This document shows, piece by piece, positions 37,241 to 45,895 of a DNA stretch of 64,000 nt (its first letter is position 1; every line of letters starts with the position of its first letter). Under the pieces are notes generated by a model. It worked only from the letters and a program-made list of their open reading frames with translations. It was not told the DNA's origin and made no database searches. This DNA comes from Anaerohalosphaeraceae bacterium (lineage in GTDB: Bacteria; Planctomycetota; Phycisphaerae; Sedimentisphaerales; Anaerohalosphaeraceae), in NCBI GenBank assembly GCA_050309605.1, contig JBNRMN010000021.1, positions 32,001 to 96,000 of the forward strand, written 5' to 3'. A program made the translations under genes and the position numbers.

Positions 37241-38979
37241 GAGACTATGACGATACACCTGAAATCAGTCCGCTTCGACAGGCCGCGGGCGGCACGGCCA
37301 TTGTAACCGGCGTCTTCGGCGTGTTCATTGCGGCGCTGCTGGCGCTGCATTTGTATCACTACGTTGTCACTGACCCGGCGCGAACGGATGAACTGGAACA
37401 GTTGAAAGAGCAGTACACCCGCGAGCCGACTAATGCGCAACTGGCCGAACGCATTTATGAACTGGATATTCAGACGCGGCGGGATCAGTTTGCCCGATTG
37501 TATTTCCTGCAGCGCGGCACCTTGCTGCTGGTGATTGATTTGGCGGTCTTTGTATCGGCGGTTTTGATTCGTACGCAACATTGGCGCACGCCCGCCCTGC
37601 CGGATGCGGCCGGCGACCGCAAAACCGAACAAATCCGCCACGCGCTGCATGTACGTACGGCGGTTACGCTGACGGCGGTTGTGCTGGCAGGAGGCGGGCT
37701 GTATCTGGCGCAGCATCCTTTCGAAACTCCGCCGCCCCCGGCTGCGTCCGATGCAGCCGATCCGCAACCGGCTGAACCGGTGTATGCATCGTTTGAAGAC
37801 ACGCTGGCTCAGTGGCCGGCCTTTCGCGGCCCGCAGGGGCTGGGCGTTACCGAGTTGGACACAATTCCTGACGACTGGGACGGTCCGAGCGGGCGCAACA
37901 TCCTCTGGAAAAGTTCGGTTCCGCTTGAGGGGCATAATTCGCCGGTGATTTGGGAAGATCGCGTCTTTCTGAGCGGTGCAACCGACCAGCAGCAGCAAAT
38001 CTTCTGTTATGATCTCAACAGCGGGCAACTGCTCTGGGCCGGCGACGTGGCGATAGCCGACGATCCAGATCGCGAAAATATGTACATCATGGAGGATACC
38101 GGTTACGCCGCACCGACGGTCGTAACCGACGGCTATCGGGTCGCAGCCATCTTTGCCGGCGGCGACGTGGGCTGTTTCACCGTCGAGGGGGAACGTTTGT
38201 GGCATCGGCACCTGGGCGTGCCCGAAAGCGCCTACGGCTATGCCGCGTCGCTGACGGCGTATGAACAGAACATTATCGTTCAATACGACGTGAGTTATGA
38301 AGCCGGCCAAAGTCGGCTGATCGCACTGGACTGGCAGACCGGCCGCATCGTCTGGCAAACGCCGCGTCCCGTGCCGAACTCATGGTCGTCTCCGACGGTT
38401 GTACAAGTCGGCGAGACGCCGCAACTGTTGACCAGCGGCTCGCCGTGGGTCATTGCCTACGATCCGGCCGCCGGCACAGAATTGTATCGCGCCGACGCCC
38501 TCAGCGGCGATGTGGCGCCGACACAGGTTTTTGCCGACAACAAGATTCTGGCCATTGAACCGTATAACTCCATCGTGGCAATTCGTACTGAAGAGGCCAA
38601 CGGCGATGTAACCGACACGCATCTGGCCTGGCGCAGTCCGGCCGACATCCCCGACATTTCCAGTCCGGTCAGCGATGGAACGCTCGTCTGGACGCTGAGC
38701 ACCTACGGCACACTCATCGCATTCGATCTTTCGGACGGGAGCGAAGTCTATTCCGAGCGTCTTGATTTTGAATTTCAGGCTTCGCCAAGCATCGTCAATG
38801 ACCGGCTGTATCTGCTGTCTGTCCGGGGGACGATGATTCTGGCCGAGACCGGGCGCCAATACCGTGAAATCAAACAACTTGAGCTGGGCGAAAAGTGCTA
38901 CGCCACGCCGGCCTTTGCCCCGGGACGCATCGTTATCCGCGGCATCAACCATTTGTATTGCATAGGAACAGCACCGTGA
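37237..38979 (+). CDS. BamB/PQQ-like beta-propeller with three N-terminal TM helices
   Basis: Three hydrophobic segments, Pro-rich linker, WPAFRGPQGLG, SWSSP, YATPAF, IRGINHLYCIG; ATGA overlap. Confidence 0.83.
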   Translation: MRDYDDTPEISPLRQAAGGTAIVTGVFGVFIAALLALHLYHYVVTDPARTDELEQLKEQYTREPTNAQLAERIYELDIQTRRDQFARLYFLQRGTLLLVIDLAVFVSAVLIRTQHWRTPALPDAAGDRKTEQIRHALHVRTAVTLTAVVLAGGGLYLAQHPFETPPPPAASDAADPQPAEPVYASFEDTLAQWPAFRGPQGLGVTELDTIPDDWDGPSGRNILWKSSVPLEGHNSPVIWEDRVFLSGATDQQQQIFCYDLNSGQLLWAGDVAIADDPDRENMYIMEDTGYAAPTVVTDGYRVAAIFAGGDVGCFTVEGERLWHRHLGVPESAYGYAASLTAYEQNIIVQYDVSYEAGQSRLIALDWQTGRIVWQTPRPVPNSWSSPTVVQVGETPQLLTSGSPWVIAYDPAAGTELYRADALSGDVAPTQVFADNKILAIEPYNSIVAIRTEEANGDVTDTHLAWRSPADIPDISSPVSDGTLVWTLSTYGTLIAFDLSDGSEVYSERLDFEFQASPSIVNDRLYLLSVRGTMILAETGRQYREIKQLELGEKCYATPAFAPGRIVIRGINHLYCIGTAP

Positions 38980-41321
38980 GTGAGCCGGACTTGACATTTG
39001 TGGATCAAAGCGTTGAGCGCATCGGCAAAGCGCCGCGATTCGTTCTGCCGCTGCTGCAGGCGATCCAGGGGCACTACGGCTATCTGCCGAGTGAAGCGCT
39101 TGAGCGTCTGTGTGCTGTGAGCGATTGTCAGCCGGGCGATGTGTGGTCGGTGGCGACGTTTTACGACCAGTTTCGTCTGCGTCCGGCCGGCAAGCACTTC
39201 GTGCGGGTTTGTATCGGTACGGCCTGCCATGTCAAAGGGGCAACTCGTATTTATGACGCCTTTCGTGACTATCTGAAGATCACCGGCGATGACGACACCG
39301 ACACCGAGCGCCAATTCACGGTGGAAAAAGTCGCCTGTCTGGGTTGCTGTATGCTGGCGCCGGCGATTCAGATTGACGATGTCATCTATGGGCATTTGCA
39401 GCCGGAAACGGTCGGGCAGGTGCTGGATGATTTCCTGGCCCAGCAGGACAGCAAGCCCGCCGAGGAGCAGGATAAAGACGCTCACGCCGTTCATCACGGC
39501 CAGGCGCGAATTTGCCTGGATTCGAGCTGCCGCGCCGTCGGCAGTGACAAGGTGTACGCCGCGCTGAAACAGGTCGCTAAACGACTGCGTCTGCCCGTGC
39601 GTGTCAAAGACACCGGCTGCCACGGGATGTCTTATCTGGCGCCGCTGGTGGAGGTGCTGACCGAGGACGGGCGGGTGTTTCGATACGGCCGTGTCCAGCC
39701 GGCGGATGTCGAGCCGTTGCTGCGCCGACACTTTCGACCGGCCTCACTGCCGGCACGCATCGGGGCCAAAGCGGCGGATTGGCTGGATTCGCTCGTCGAA
39801 GATCGTCTGGACGAAGGACCGGTACGCTATACGCTGCACGTCCGCCCGCACGAGACGGATCGCTATCTCGGCCCGCAGGTACACATCGCCACCGAACATT
39901 TCGGCCACGCCGAGCCGTTGGATATTGAGGAATACCAATCGCATGGCGGATTTACGGCACTGCGCCGCTGCCTGGAACAGAATGACCCTGAGGCTGTGGT
40001 TGCTGCAATAGAACAGGCCGGCCTGCGCGGTCGCGGCGGCGGCGGATTTCCTACCCATCTGAAATGGTTTGCTGTGCAGAAAACACCGTCGGACAAAAAA
40101 TACATTATCTTAAACGGCGATGAAGGCGACCCCGGTGCGTTTATGGATCGGATGCTGATGGAGTCGTATCCGTTTCGCATCCTGGAGGGAATGGCGATTG
40201 CCGCCGCGACGGTCGGGGCCGACGAGGGCTATTTGTATATTCGCGCCGAGTATCCGCTTGCCCTTGAACGGATGCGAAAAGCCATTGAGCTGTGTCGTCA
40301 GCACGGCTATTTGGGGCGCCGCATTGGCGGCAGCGGGTTTTCGCTGGATTTGCATATTTACGTCGGCGCCGGGGCGTTTGTCTGCGGCGAGGAAACGGCT
40401 TTGCTGGCCAGTATCGAAGGCCGACGCGGGATGCCGCATCTGCGCCCGCCCTATCCGACACGCCAAGGCCTGTGGCACAAGCCAACGCTGGTCAACAATG
40501 TCGAGACCTATGCGCTCGTACCCTGGATACTGCGCAACGGTCCGGAGGCCTTTGCCGCATACGGCACCGAACACAGCAAAGGCACCAAGGTCTTTGCACT
40601 GGCCGGCAAGGTGCGCCGGGGCGGATTGGTCGAAGTCCCGATGGGCATTACGATCCGCCAAATCGTCGAGGACATCGGCGGCGGCATTGAACACGACCGG
40701 GCGCTGAAGGCTGTCCAGATCGGCGGTCCGTCGGGCGGCTGTGTAGCGGCGTCGATGGCCGATACGCCGATTGACTACGAATCGCTGCATCACGCCGGGG
40801 CGATTATGGGTTCCGGCGGTATGGTCGTGCTGGATGAGACCGACTGTATGGTTGATATCGCCCGCTATTTTCTGGCGTTTACGCAGGAACAATCCTGCGG
40901 CAAATGCACGTTCTGCCGGGTCGGCACCAAACGAATGCTTGAACTGCTGGATCGTCTGTGCGAGGGGAAAGGCAAGACCGGCGACATTGAAAAACTGACC
41001 GAGCTGGGACATCAGATTCAGCAAAGCAGCCTTTGCGGACTGGGCAAGACCGCCCCGAATCCGGTGCTGTCCACGATTGCCCATTTTCGCGACGAGTATG
41101 AGGCACATCTGCACGGGCACTGCCCGGCGTGTACCTGTCGGTCCTTGATCCGCTTTACGATTACCGACCAATGTATCGGCTGTACGCTCTGTGCTCAGCA
41201 CTGTCCATCGGATGCCATCTTGATGAAACCGTATGAACAACACGAAATCGATCAGGATAAATGTGTCCGCTGCGGCGTCTGCAAGAGCGTCTGTCCGGCC
41301 GATGCGGTCCACGTCGAGTAA
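38976..41321 (+). CDS. Fused NuoE/NuoF-like (HydC+HydB, BfuCB-type) FMN/NAD-binding Fe-S protein
   Basis: NuoE CIGTAC..CLGCC; second thioredoxin-like domain; GLRGRGGGGFPT; NGDEGDPGAFMDR; CGEETAL; GGPSGGC; SCGKCTFCR..CGLG; two C-terminal CxxCxxCxxxCP; GTGA overlap at 38976. Confidence 0.9.
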   Translation: MSEPDLTFVDQSVERIGKAPRFVLPLLQAIQGHYGYLPSEALERLCAVSDCQPGDVWSVATFYDQFRLRPAGKHFVRVCIGTACHVKGATRIYDAFRDYLKITGDDDTDTERQFTVEKVACLGCCMLAPAIQIDDVIYGHLQPETVGQVLDDFLAQQDSKPAEEQDKDAHAVHHGQARICLDSSCRAVGSDKVYAALKQVAKRLRLPVRVKDTGCHGMSYLAPLVEVLTEDGRVFRYGRVQPADVEPLLRRHFRPASLPARIGAKAADWLDSLVEDRLDEGPVRYTLHVRPHETDRYLGPQVHIATEHFGHAEPLDIEEYQSHGGFTALRRCLEQNDPEAVVAAIEQAGLRGRGGGGFPTHLKWFAVQKTPSDKKYIILNGDEGDPGAFMDRMLMESYPFRILEGMAIAAATVGADEGYLYIRAEYPLALERMRKAIELCRQHGYLGRRIGGSGFSLDLHIYVGAGAFVCGEETALLASIEGRRGMPHLRPPYPTRQGLWHKPTLVNNVETYALVPWILRNGPEAFAAYGTEHSKGTKVFALAGKVRRGGLVEVPMGITIRQIVEDIGGGIEHDRALKAVQIGGPSGGCVAASMADTPIDYESLHHAGAIMGSGGMVVLDETDCMVDIARYFLAFTQEQSCGKCTFCRVGTKRMLELLDRLCEGKGKTGDIEKLTELGHQIQQSSLCGLGKTAPNPVLSTIAHFRDEYEAHLHGHCPACTCRSLIRFTITDQCIGCTLCAQHCPSDAILMKPYEQHEIDQDKCVRCGVCKSVCPADAVHVE

Positions 41322-41349
41322 CAACACGGAATACACCGACCGCTCGACG

Positions 41350-41383
41350 AACTAAAACTACGAACTACGAACTAAGAACTAAA
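41350..41383 (+). repeat. Heptamer tandem repeat AACTAA-(AACTACG)2-AACTAAG-AACTAAA
   Basis: In the spacer before GTG 41390; exact 20-mer shared with 10481-10500 (minus strand). Confidence 0.8.
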
Positions 41384-41389
41384 AAACTC

Positions 41390-43006
41390 GTGCCAACACT
41401 GACCATTGACAATCAGACGGTTGAGGCGCCTGATGGCGCTACGATTCTTGAGGCAGCTCATGCGGCCGGGATTCACATCCCGACGATGTGTTATCTGAAA
41501 GGTTTTGCTCCCTCAACAAGCTGTATGGTGTGCGTCGTGCGGGTCGAGGGCGTCAAGTCCCTCGTGCCGGCCTGCGGGGCTATGGCGGTGGATCGGATGC
41601 ACGTCACCACCGACAGCGACGAAATCCGCGCCGCCCGCAAGGCCGCCATTGAACTGCTGCTCAGCGATCATTTGGGCGACTGCGTCGGGCCGTGTCAGAT
41701 GGGCTGTCCGGCGGGAATGAACATCCCGCTGATGCTTCGGCATATTGCTGACGGTGATGACCGGGCGGCGATAGAAGTTATCAAACGCGACATTCCTTTG
41801 CCCGCGATTTTGGGCAGGATATGTCCGGCCCCATGCGAAAAGGTCTGCCGACGGGCCAAAATTGACCAGGCCGTGTCCATTTGTCGGCTCAAACGCTTTG
41901 CTGCGGACATAGATTTGGATTGCGGCGAACCTTTTGAGCCGTCTGTACGTTCTAATAAGAGTAAAACCGTCGCCATTATCGGCGCTGGGCCGTGCGGCCT
42001 TTCGGCGGCATATTATCTGGCCTGTGAGGGAATCGAGTGTGTCGTCTATGATGAACATGCCCGGCCCGGCGGTGCGGTGCGATATGGGCCAATTGATCGA
42101 AAGGTACTGCCTATTGATATCGTTGAGCGGGAAACGGGACTGTTGTTGAAACACAATATTACATTTCAACCGCAGCAGCGAATCGGCAAAGATGTCGCGT
42201 TTGATACGCTATGCCGAGACTTTGACGCGGTGCTCGTGGCCGCGGGCGACCCGATGCTGTACGACAGAAACGAGTTTGCACTGGATGTCAAAGACAACCA
42301 CATCCGTGTGGATCGCCAAACGTATGCAACCTCGCGTAAGGGGGTCTTTGCCGCAGGCGGGGCAATCGGCAGCCGTCGATGGGCGGTGCGGGCGGTCGCC
42401 GACGGCAAAGAGGCCGCGGATTCGATAGCCGTGTATCTGGAGAAAAAACCCCTTGTTTCAAAAAAACCGTTCAACAGCCGAATGGGCGCCTTGTCGCCGG
42501 AAGAACAGAAAACGCTGCTCGCCACCGCCAACGCCGAGCCGCGATATGAACCGAGTGAGCCAACCGCCGGTTTGGACGACACGGATGCGCGGGCTGAAGC
42601 GCGGCGGTGTCTGCATTGCGACTGCCGCAAGGCCGAACACTGTCGCCTGCGTGATTTGGCGTTCGAGTTCAATGCCCGCCAAAGCCAATGGGCCGGTCAG
42701 CGCAAGACAATGCGGATTGAGTTTGGCAAGGATTGCGTTGTCTATGAACCGGGCAAGTGCATCCAGTGCGGCCTGTGCATTCAGACCGCCCGGAAAGCCG
42801 ACGAAACAACAGGGCTGGCCTTTGTCGGTCGGGGATTTGCAATGCGCATCGGGGTCCCGTTTGAAAAAACTTTGCCCGAGGCAATCGCCCGTGCGGGAGC
42901 CGAATGCGTCGCAAACTGCCCGACCGGCGCCTTGGCGTTTGACGACTCTTCGCAGGATATGGAGAACCAACAGCAAGAAACGACAAATGAATCGTTCCGA
43001 CAGTAA
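41390..43006 (+). CDS. NuoG/HydA-N-like Fe-S protein with inserted GltD/NfnB-like FAD domain (BfuA/SfrB-like, truncated)
   Basis: [2Fe-2S] PTMC..SCMVC..PAC; PCQMGCPAG and GRICPAPCEKVC; IIGAGPCGL Rossmann; EARRCLHC; KCIQCGLC..CPTGAL; no GGGxxAxD domain. Confidence 0.8.
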   Translation: MPTLTIDNQTVEAPDGATILEAAHAAGIHIPTMCYLKGFAPSTSCMVCVVRVEGVKSLVPACGAMAVDRMHVTTDSDEIRAARKAAIELLLSDHLGDCVGPCQMGCPAGMNIPLMLRHIADGDDRAAIEVIKRDIPLPAILGRICPAPCEKVCRRAKIDQAVSICRLKRFAADIDLDCGEPFEPSVRSNKSKTVAIIGAGPCGLSAAYYLACEGIECVVYDEHARPGGAVRYGPIDRKVLPIDIVERETGLLLKHNITFQPQQRIGKDVAFDTLCRDFDAVLVAAGDPMLYDRNEFALDVKDNHIRVDRQTYATSRKGVFAAGGAIGSRRWAVRAVADGKEAADSIAVYLEKKPLVSKKPFNSRMGALSPEEQKTLLATANAEPRYEPSEPTAGLDDTDARAEARRCLHCDCRKAEHCRLRDLAFEFNARQSQWAGQRKTMRIEFGKDCVVYEPGKCIQCGLCIQTARKADETTGLAFVGRGFAMRIGVPFEKTLPEAIARAGAECVANCPTGALAFDDSSQDMENQQQETTNESFRQ

Positions 43007-43059
43007 CGTCTTTATCGTCAAATTAAAAAACGTCAATGTTAAAGATTGGGAAAACAGCA

Positions 43060-44244
43060 ATGAAAGCAAAAATTTGGATGACATTTATTTCCGCAGCTAT
43101 CGTCTTGTCCGCCTCGGCGATCGCGGCCGACTGGCCGCATTGGCGCGGCCCGAATCTGGACGGCATCAGCACCGAGACTGACTGGAATCCGCAGGCGCTG
43201 AACGATTTGAATATTGTCTGGGAGGCTGAAATCGGCATCGGCTTTTCCTCCGTCAGCGTTGCCGGCGGCAGGGCCTATGTCATGGGCAATATCAATCGCA
43301 ACACCGATGTGCTGTATTGCTTTGACGCGGCCAGTGGCGATGAGCTGTGGCGATTTGAGTACGCCGAGCCGCTGAATCCGAAGTACTATGAAGGCGGCCC
43401 CGGCTCGACGCCGACCGTCCATGAGGGCAAGGTCTATACCCTCAGCAAAACCGGCAAAGTCCACTGCGTTAACGCACACACCGGCGAGCTGATCTGGAAT
43501 CTCAACCTGCCGCACAAGGAAACGACATGGGGATTTGCCTCGTCGGGGCTGATTCTTGACGACAAGGTCATCTTCAACGTCGGCGCATCGGGGGTGGCCT
43601 TGAATAAGAATGACGGCAGCATCGTCTGGGACAGCGATAAAAGCGAATCCGGCTACGCCACACCCGTTCCCTTCACGCACAATGGAAAAACCCTGCTGGC
43701 CATTTTTGGCAAAGAGACGCTAATGGCTGTCGATCCGACGGATGGAAAGCGAATGTGGAGCTATCCCTGGAAAACACAGCACGACGTGAATGCCGCTGAC
43801 CCGATCATTGTCGGGGATGAAATTTTTATTACTTCCGGCTACAATCGCGGCGCGACGCTGCTGAAAATCGCCTCGCCGCCGACGCGCGTCTGGGAAAACA
43901 AAAATATGCGCAGCCAGATGAGCGGACCGGTACTGATCGACGGCTATCTGTACGGCATCGATCAGAATCAACTGGCGTGCGTGGAATGGAAAACCGGCAA
44001 ACAGCTCTGGGCCGAGCGCAAAGCGGGCAACGGCTCGCTGACCGCCGCCGGCGATAAACTCATCGTCGCCAGCGAAGGCGGGCGATTGATGATCGTCCAG
44101 GCCACGCCGGACGGTTTCCAGGAATTATCCGGCGCCGACATCCTGAGCGCCCGCTGCTGGGCGCCGCCGGTACTGTCGGGCGGCCGTATCTACTTTCGCA
44201 ACTCACGCGGAAAGCTGGTCTGTGTGGATGTAAGGAATCAATAA
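43060..44244 (+). CDS. Secreted BamB/PQQ-like beta-propeller protein
   Basis: Sec signal ending AIAA|DWPHWRGPNLDG; GYATP; WAPPVLSGGRIYFRN..LVCVD. Confidence 0.87.
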   Translation: MKAKIWMTFISAAIVLSASAIAADWPHWRGPNLDGISTETDWNPQALNDLNIVWEAEIGIGFSSVSVAGGRAYVMGNINRNTDVLYCFDAASGDELWRFEYAEPLNPKYYEGGPGSTPTVHEGKVYTLSKTGKVHCVNAHTGELIWNLNLPHKETTWGFASSGLILDDKVIFNVGASGVALNKNDGSIVWDSDKSESGYATPVPFTHNGKTLLAIFGKETLMAVDPTDGKRMWSYPWKTQHDVNAADPIIVGDEIFITSGYNRGATLLKIASPPTRVWENKNMRSQMSGPVLIDGYLYGIDQNQLACVEWKTGKQLWAERKAGNGSLTAAGDKLIVASEGGRLMIVQATPDGFQELSGADILSARCWAPPVLSGGRIYFRNSRGKLVCVDVRNQ

Positions 44245-44294
44245 GTTTAATACAGCAATCATTTGACAACCTTGATTAAACAGGAGAACGAAAC

Positions 44295-45119
44295 ATGTTG
44301 ATGAAAAGGTGGATGTGGTTTGTGGCGGCGGCGGTCTTGATGACGGCAGTGTCTGTTTTGGCGGACAATATTCCAGTCGCCAATCATTCATTTGAAATTC
44401 CGGCAATTGATCCAGTCGAAAATCCTTTTTTGGCTATTCCAGTTACACCTTATTGGATCGCACTGGATTTGGATGATGATTTCGGAAGCAACACGGGAAT
44501 CTTTAAAAATACACCTCCGGACAGCCCCGCCGGCGACCATATTGTCAATGCACATGGTGAGCAGTTAGCGTTTCTCGGCAGCCAGACGGGCAATGCGCTT
44601 TTGCAGGATTTGACGGCACCCTATGAGGCGGGCAGAAACTATCGAATGACGGTTGAAGTGTGCCCTTCAAAGCGGTATCCGCCGTCGGAAGCCGATCCTA
44701 ACAATACGCTAAGCCTTGAGTTTTATTATATCAACAATGAGCCAAATCTTGTTACCCTTTCCGCTTCGCCGGTTCCGTCAACTGCTCTGACGGCAAATTA
44801 TCTCAAGCCTTTTTCTGTCATATTGCCGACGGTGGAGACAGACGACGCATGGGTTGATCGGCCCATCGGCATTGCGATTCGCGCCAACGGTGTCGCGGGG
44901 GGGTATTGGGATTTGGACAACGTGCGGGTGACGGCCTTTCCGCGTGTCCCGGAGCTGAGCGGAGACGGGATTGTTAATTACGATGATTTTTCGATATTGG
45001 CCGCCGAATGGGAATCCTGCCAGGCCGTGACAGCGGATCTGACGGGCGACGGTTGTGTATCGACAGGTGATCTGTTGATCTTGGCGGATTTCTGGCTGGA
45101 GCAGCTATTTATAGAATGA
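44295..45119 (+). CDS. Secreted protein with carbohydrate-binding-like domain and C-terminal dockerin-like repeats
   Basis: Signal peptide; VANHSFE..LDNVRV jelly-roll pattern; GDGIVNYDDFSILAAEW and ADLTGDGCVSTGDLLILADFWL. Confidence 0.65.
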   Translation: MLMKRWMWFVAAAVLMTAVSVLADNIPVANHSFEIPAIDPVENPFLAIPVTPYWIALDLDDDFGSNTGIFKNTPPDSPAGDHIVNAHGEQLAFLGSQTGNALLQDLTAPYEAGRNYRMTVEVCPSKRYPPSEADPNNTLSLEFYYINNEPNLVTLSASPVPSTALTANYLKPFSVILPTVETDDAWVDRPIGIAIRANGVAGGYWDLDNVRVTAFPRVPELSGDGIVNYDDFSILAAEWESCQAVTADLTGDGCVSTGDLLILADFWLEQLFIE

Positions 45120-45895
45120 CGCCCGACTGCAATTCATCCTGTTGCCGAAGACGAATCGGTTTTACGCTGATTGAGTTACTGGTCGTTATAGCGATTACTG
45201 CATTGCTGATCGGCATATTGACGCCGTCGCTGAGAAAGGCGAAACAGAAAGCCCGCATATTGGGTTGTGTCTCCAATTTGCGTTCAATCGGTATCGCTGT
45301 TCAGACCTATGCGCATGATTATAACGATACGATTCCTTTCGGTCCTGCGGGGCGTCCCATTGCCGGCGGCAATTTTTATACCGTTACGGGAAATGTGACC
45401 AGTTTGCTGTCGCTGCAGGATGGGGCGCCGGTTGGACTTGGGCTTCTGCTGGACGGGTATCTGTCACATCAACCCCGTGTGTTATTCTGCCCCGGCGCTG
45501 ATCAGCCTTCAGAAGCTGATACCCAACTGGCCCGTGTCAATATAAGACAGGCACAATCTGATTATTTTTATCGTCATGCGTCGGTTGCCTTGCTGGTCGG
45601 AGAACCGGATACATCTCACATTCGGCTTAGCCGTTTGGGGAAAAACCGTCAAGGACGTGCAATTTCCGCACTTGCAATGGATGTTCAGTTTTTAGCGCAT
45701 CCGTCGCTTGAGGCGTTTGGCGTTCTGACACGTACCAGCCATCGGCGTCAATTTTTGAATATTCTGATGTCCGATGGACAGGTCTTTTCTGTACCCAACA
45801 CCGATCAGCAGTACACCATTGATATCGGCGCAGAACCATACGATGCGCTGGAGAGGATTCTACGGGTGTTCGAACGAGCCGATGAACTGCGATGA
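45116..45895 (+). CDS. Prepilin-type N-terminal / DUF1559-like PVC protein
   Basis: IG|FTLIELLVVIAI, CVSNLRSIG, LFCP, C-terminal H..NILMSDGQV; ATGA overlap with the upstream gene. Confidence 0.82.
   Translation: MTPDCNSSCCRRRIGFTLIELLVVIAITALLIGILTPSLRKAKQKARILGCVSNLRSIGIAVQTYAHDYNDTIPFGPAGRPIAGGNFYTVTGNVTSLLSLQDGAPVGLGLLLDGYLSHQPRVLFCPGADQPSEADTQLARVNIRQAQSDYFYRHASVALLVGEPDTSHIRLSRLGKNRQGRAISALAMDVQFLAHPSLEAFGVLTRTSHRRQFLNILMSDGQVFSVPNTDQQYTIDIGAEPYDALERILRVFERADELR

Noticed and set aside
40110..41336. 408-aa minus-strand ORF
   Set aside because: Shadow of the NuoEF fusion gene
41261..41389. N-terminal extension of the 581-aa ORF (TKTTNYELRTKK), or a programmed frameshift fusing it to the NuoEF gene
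   Set aside because: The extension is simply the translated heptamer repeat; the upstream gene ends normally after its last ferredoxin motif, and the recognisable domain begins at GTG 41390
38976..43006. Respiratory complex I (nuoEFG) or an [FeFe]-hydrogenase
   Set aside because: No other nuo genes, no H-cluster motifs and no molybdopterin domain; the second gene carries a GltD-like insert instead
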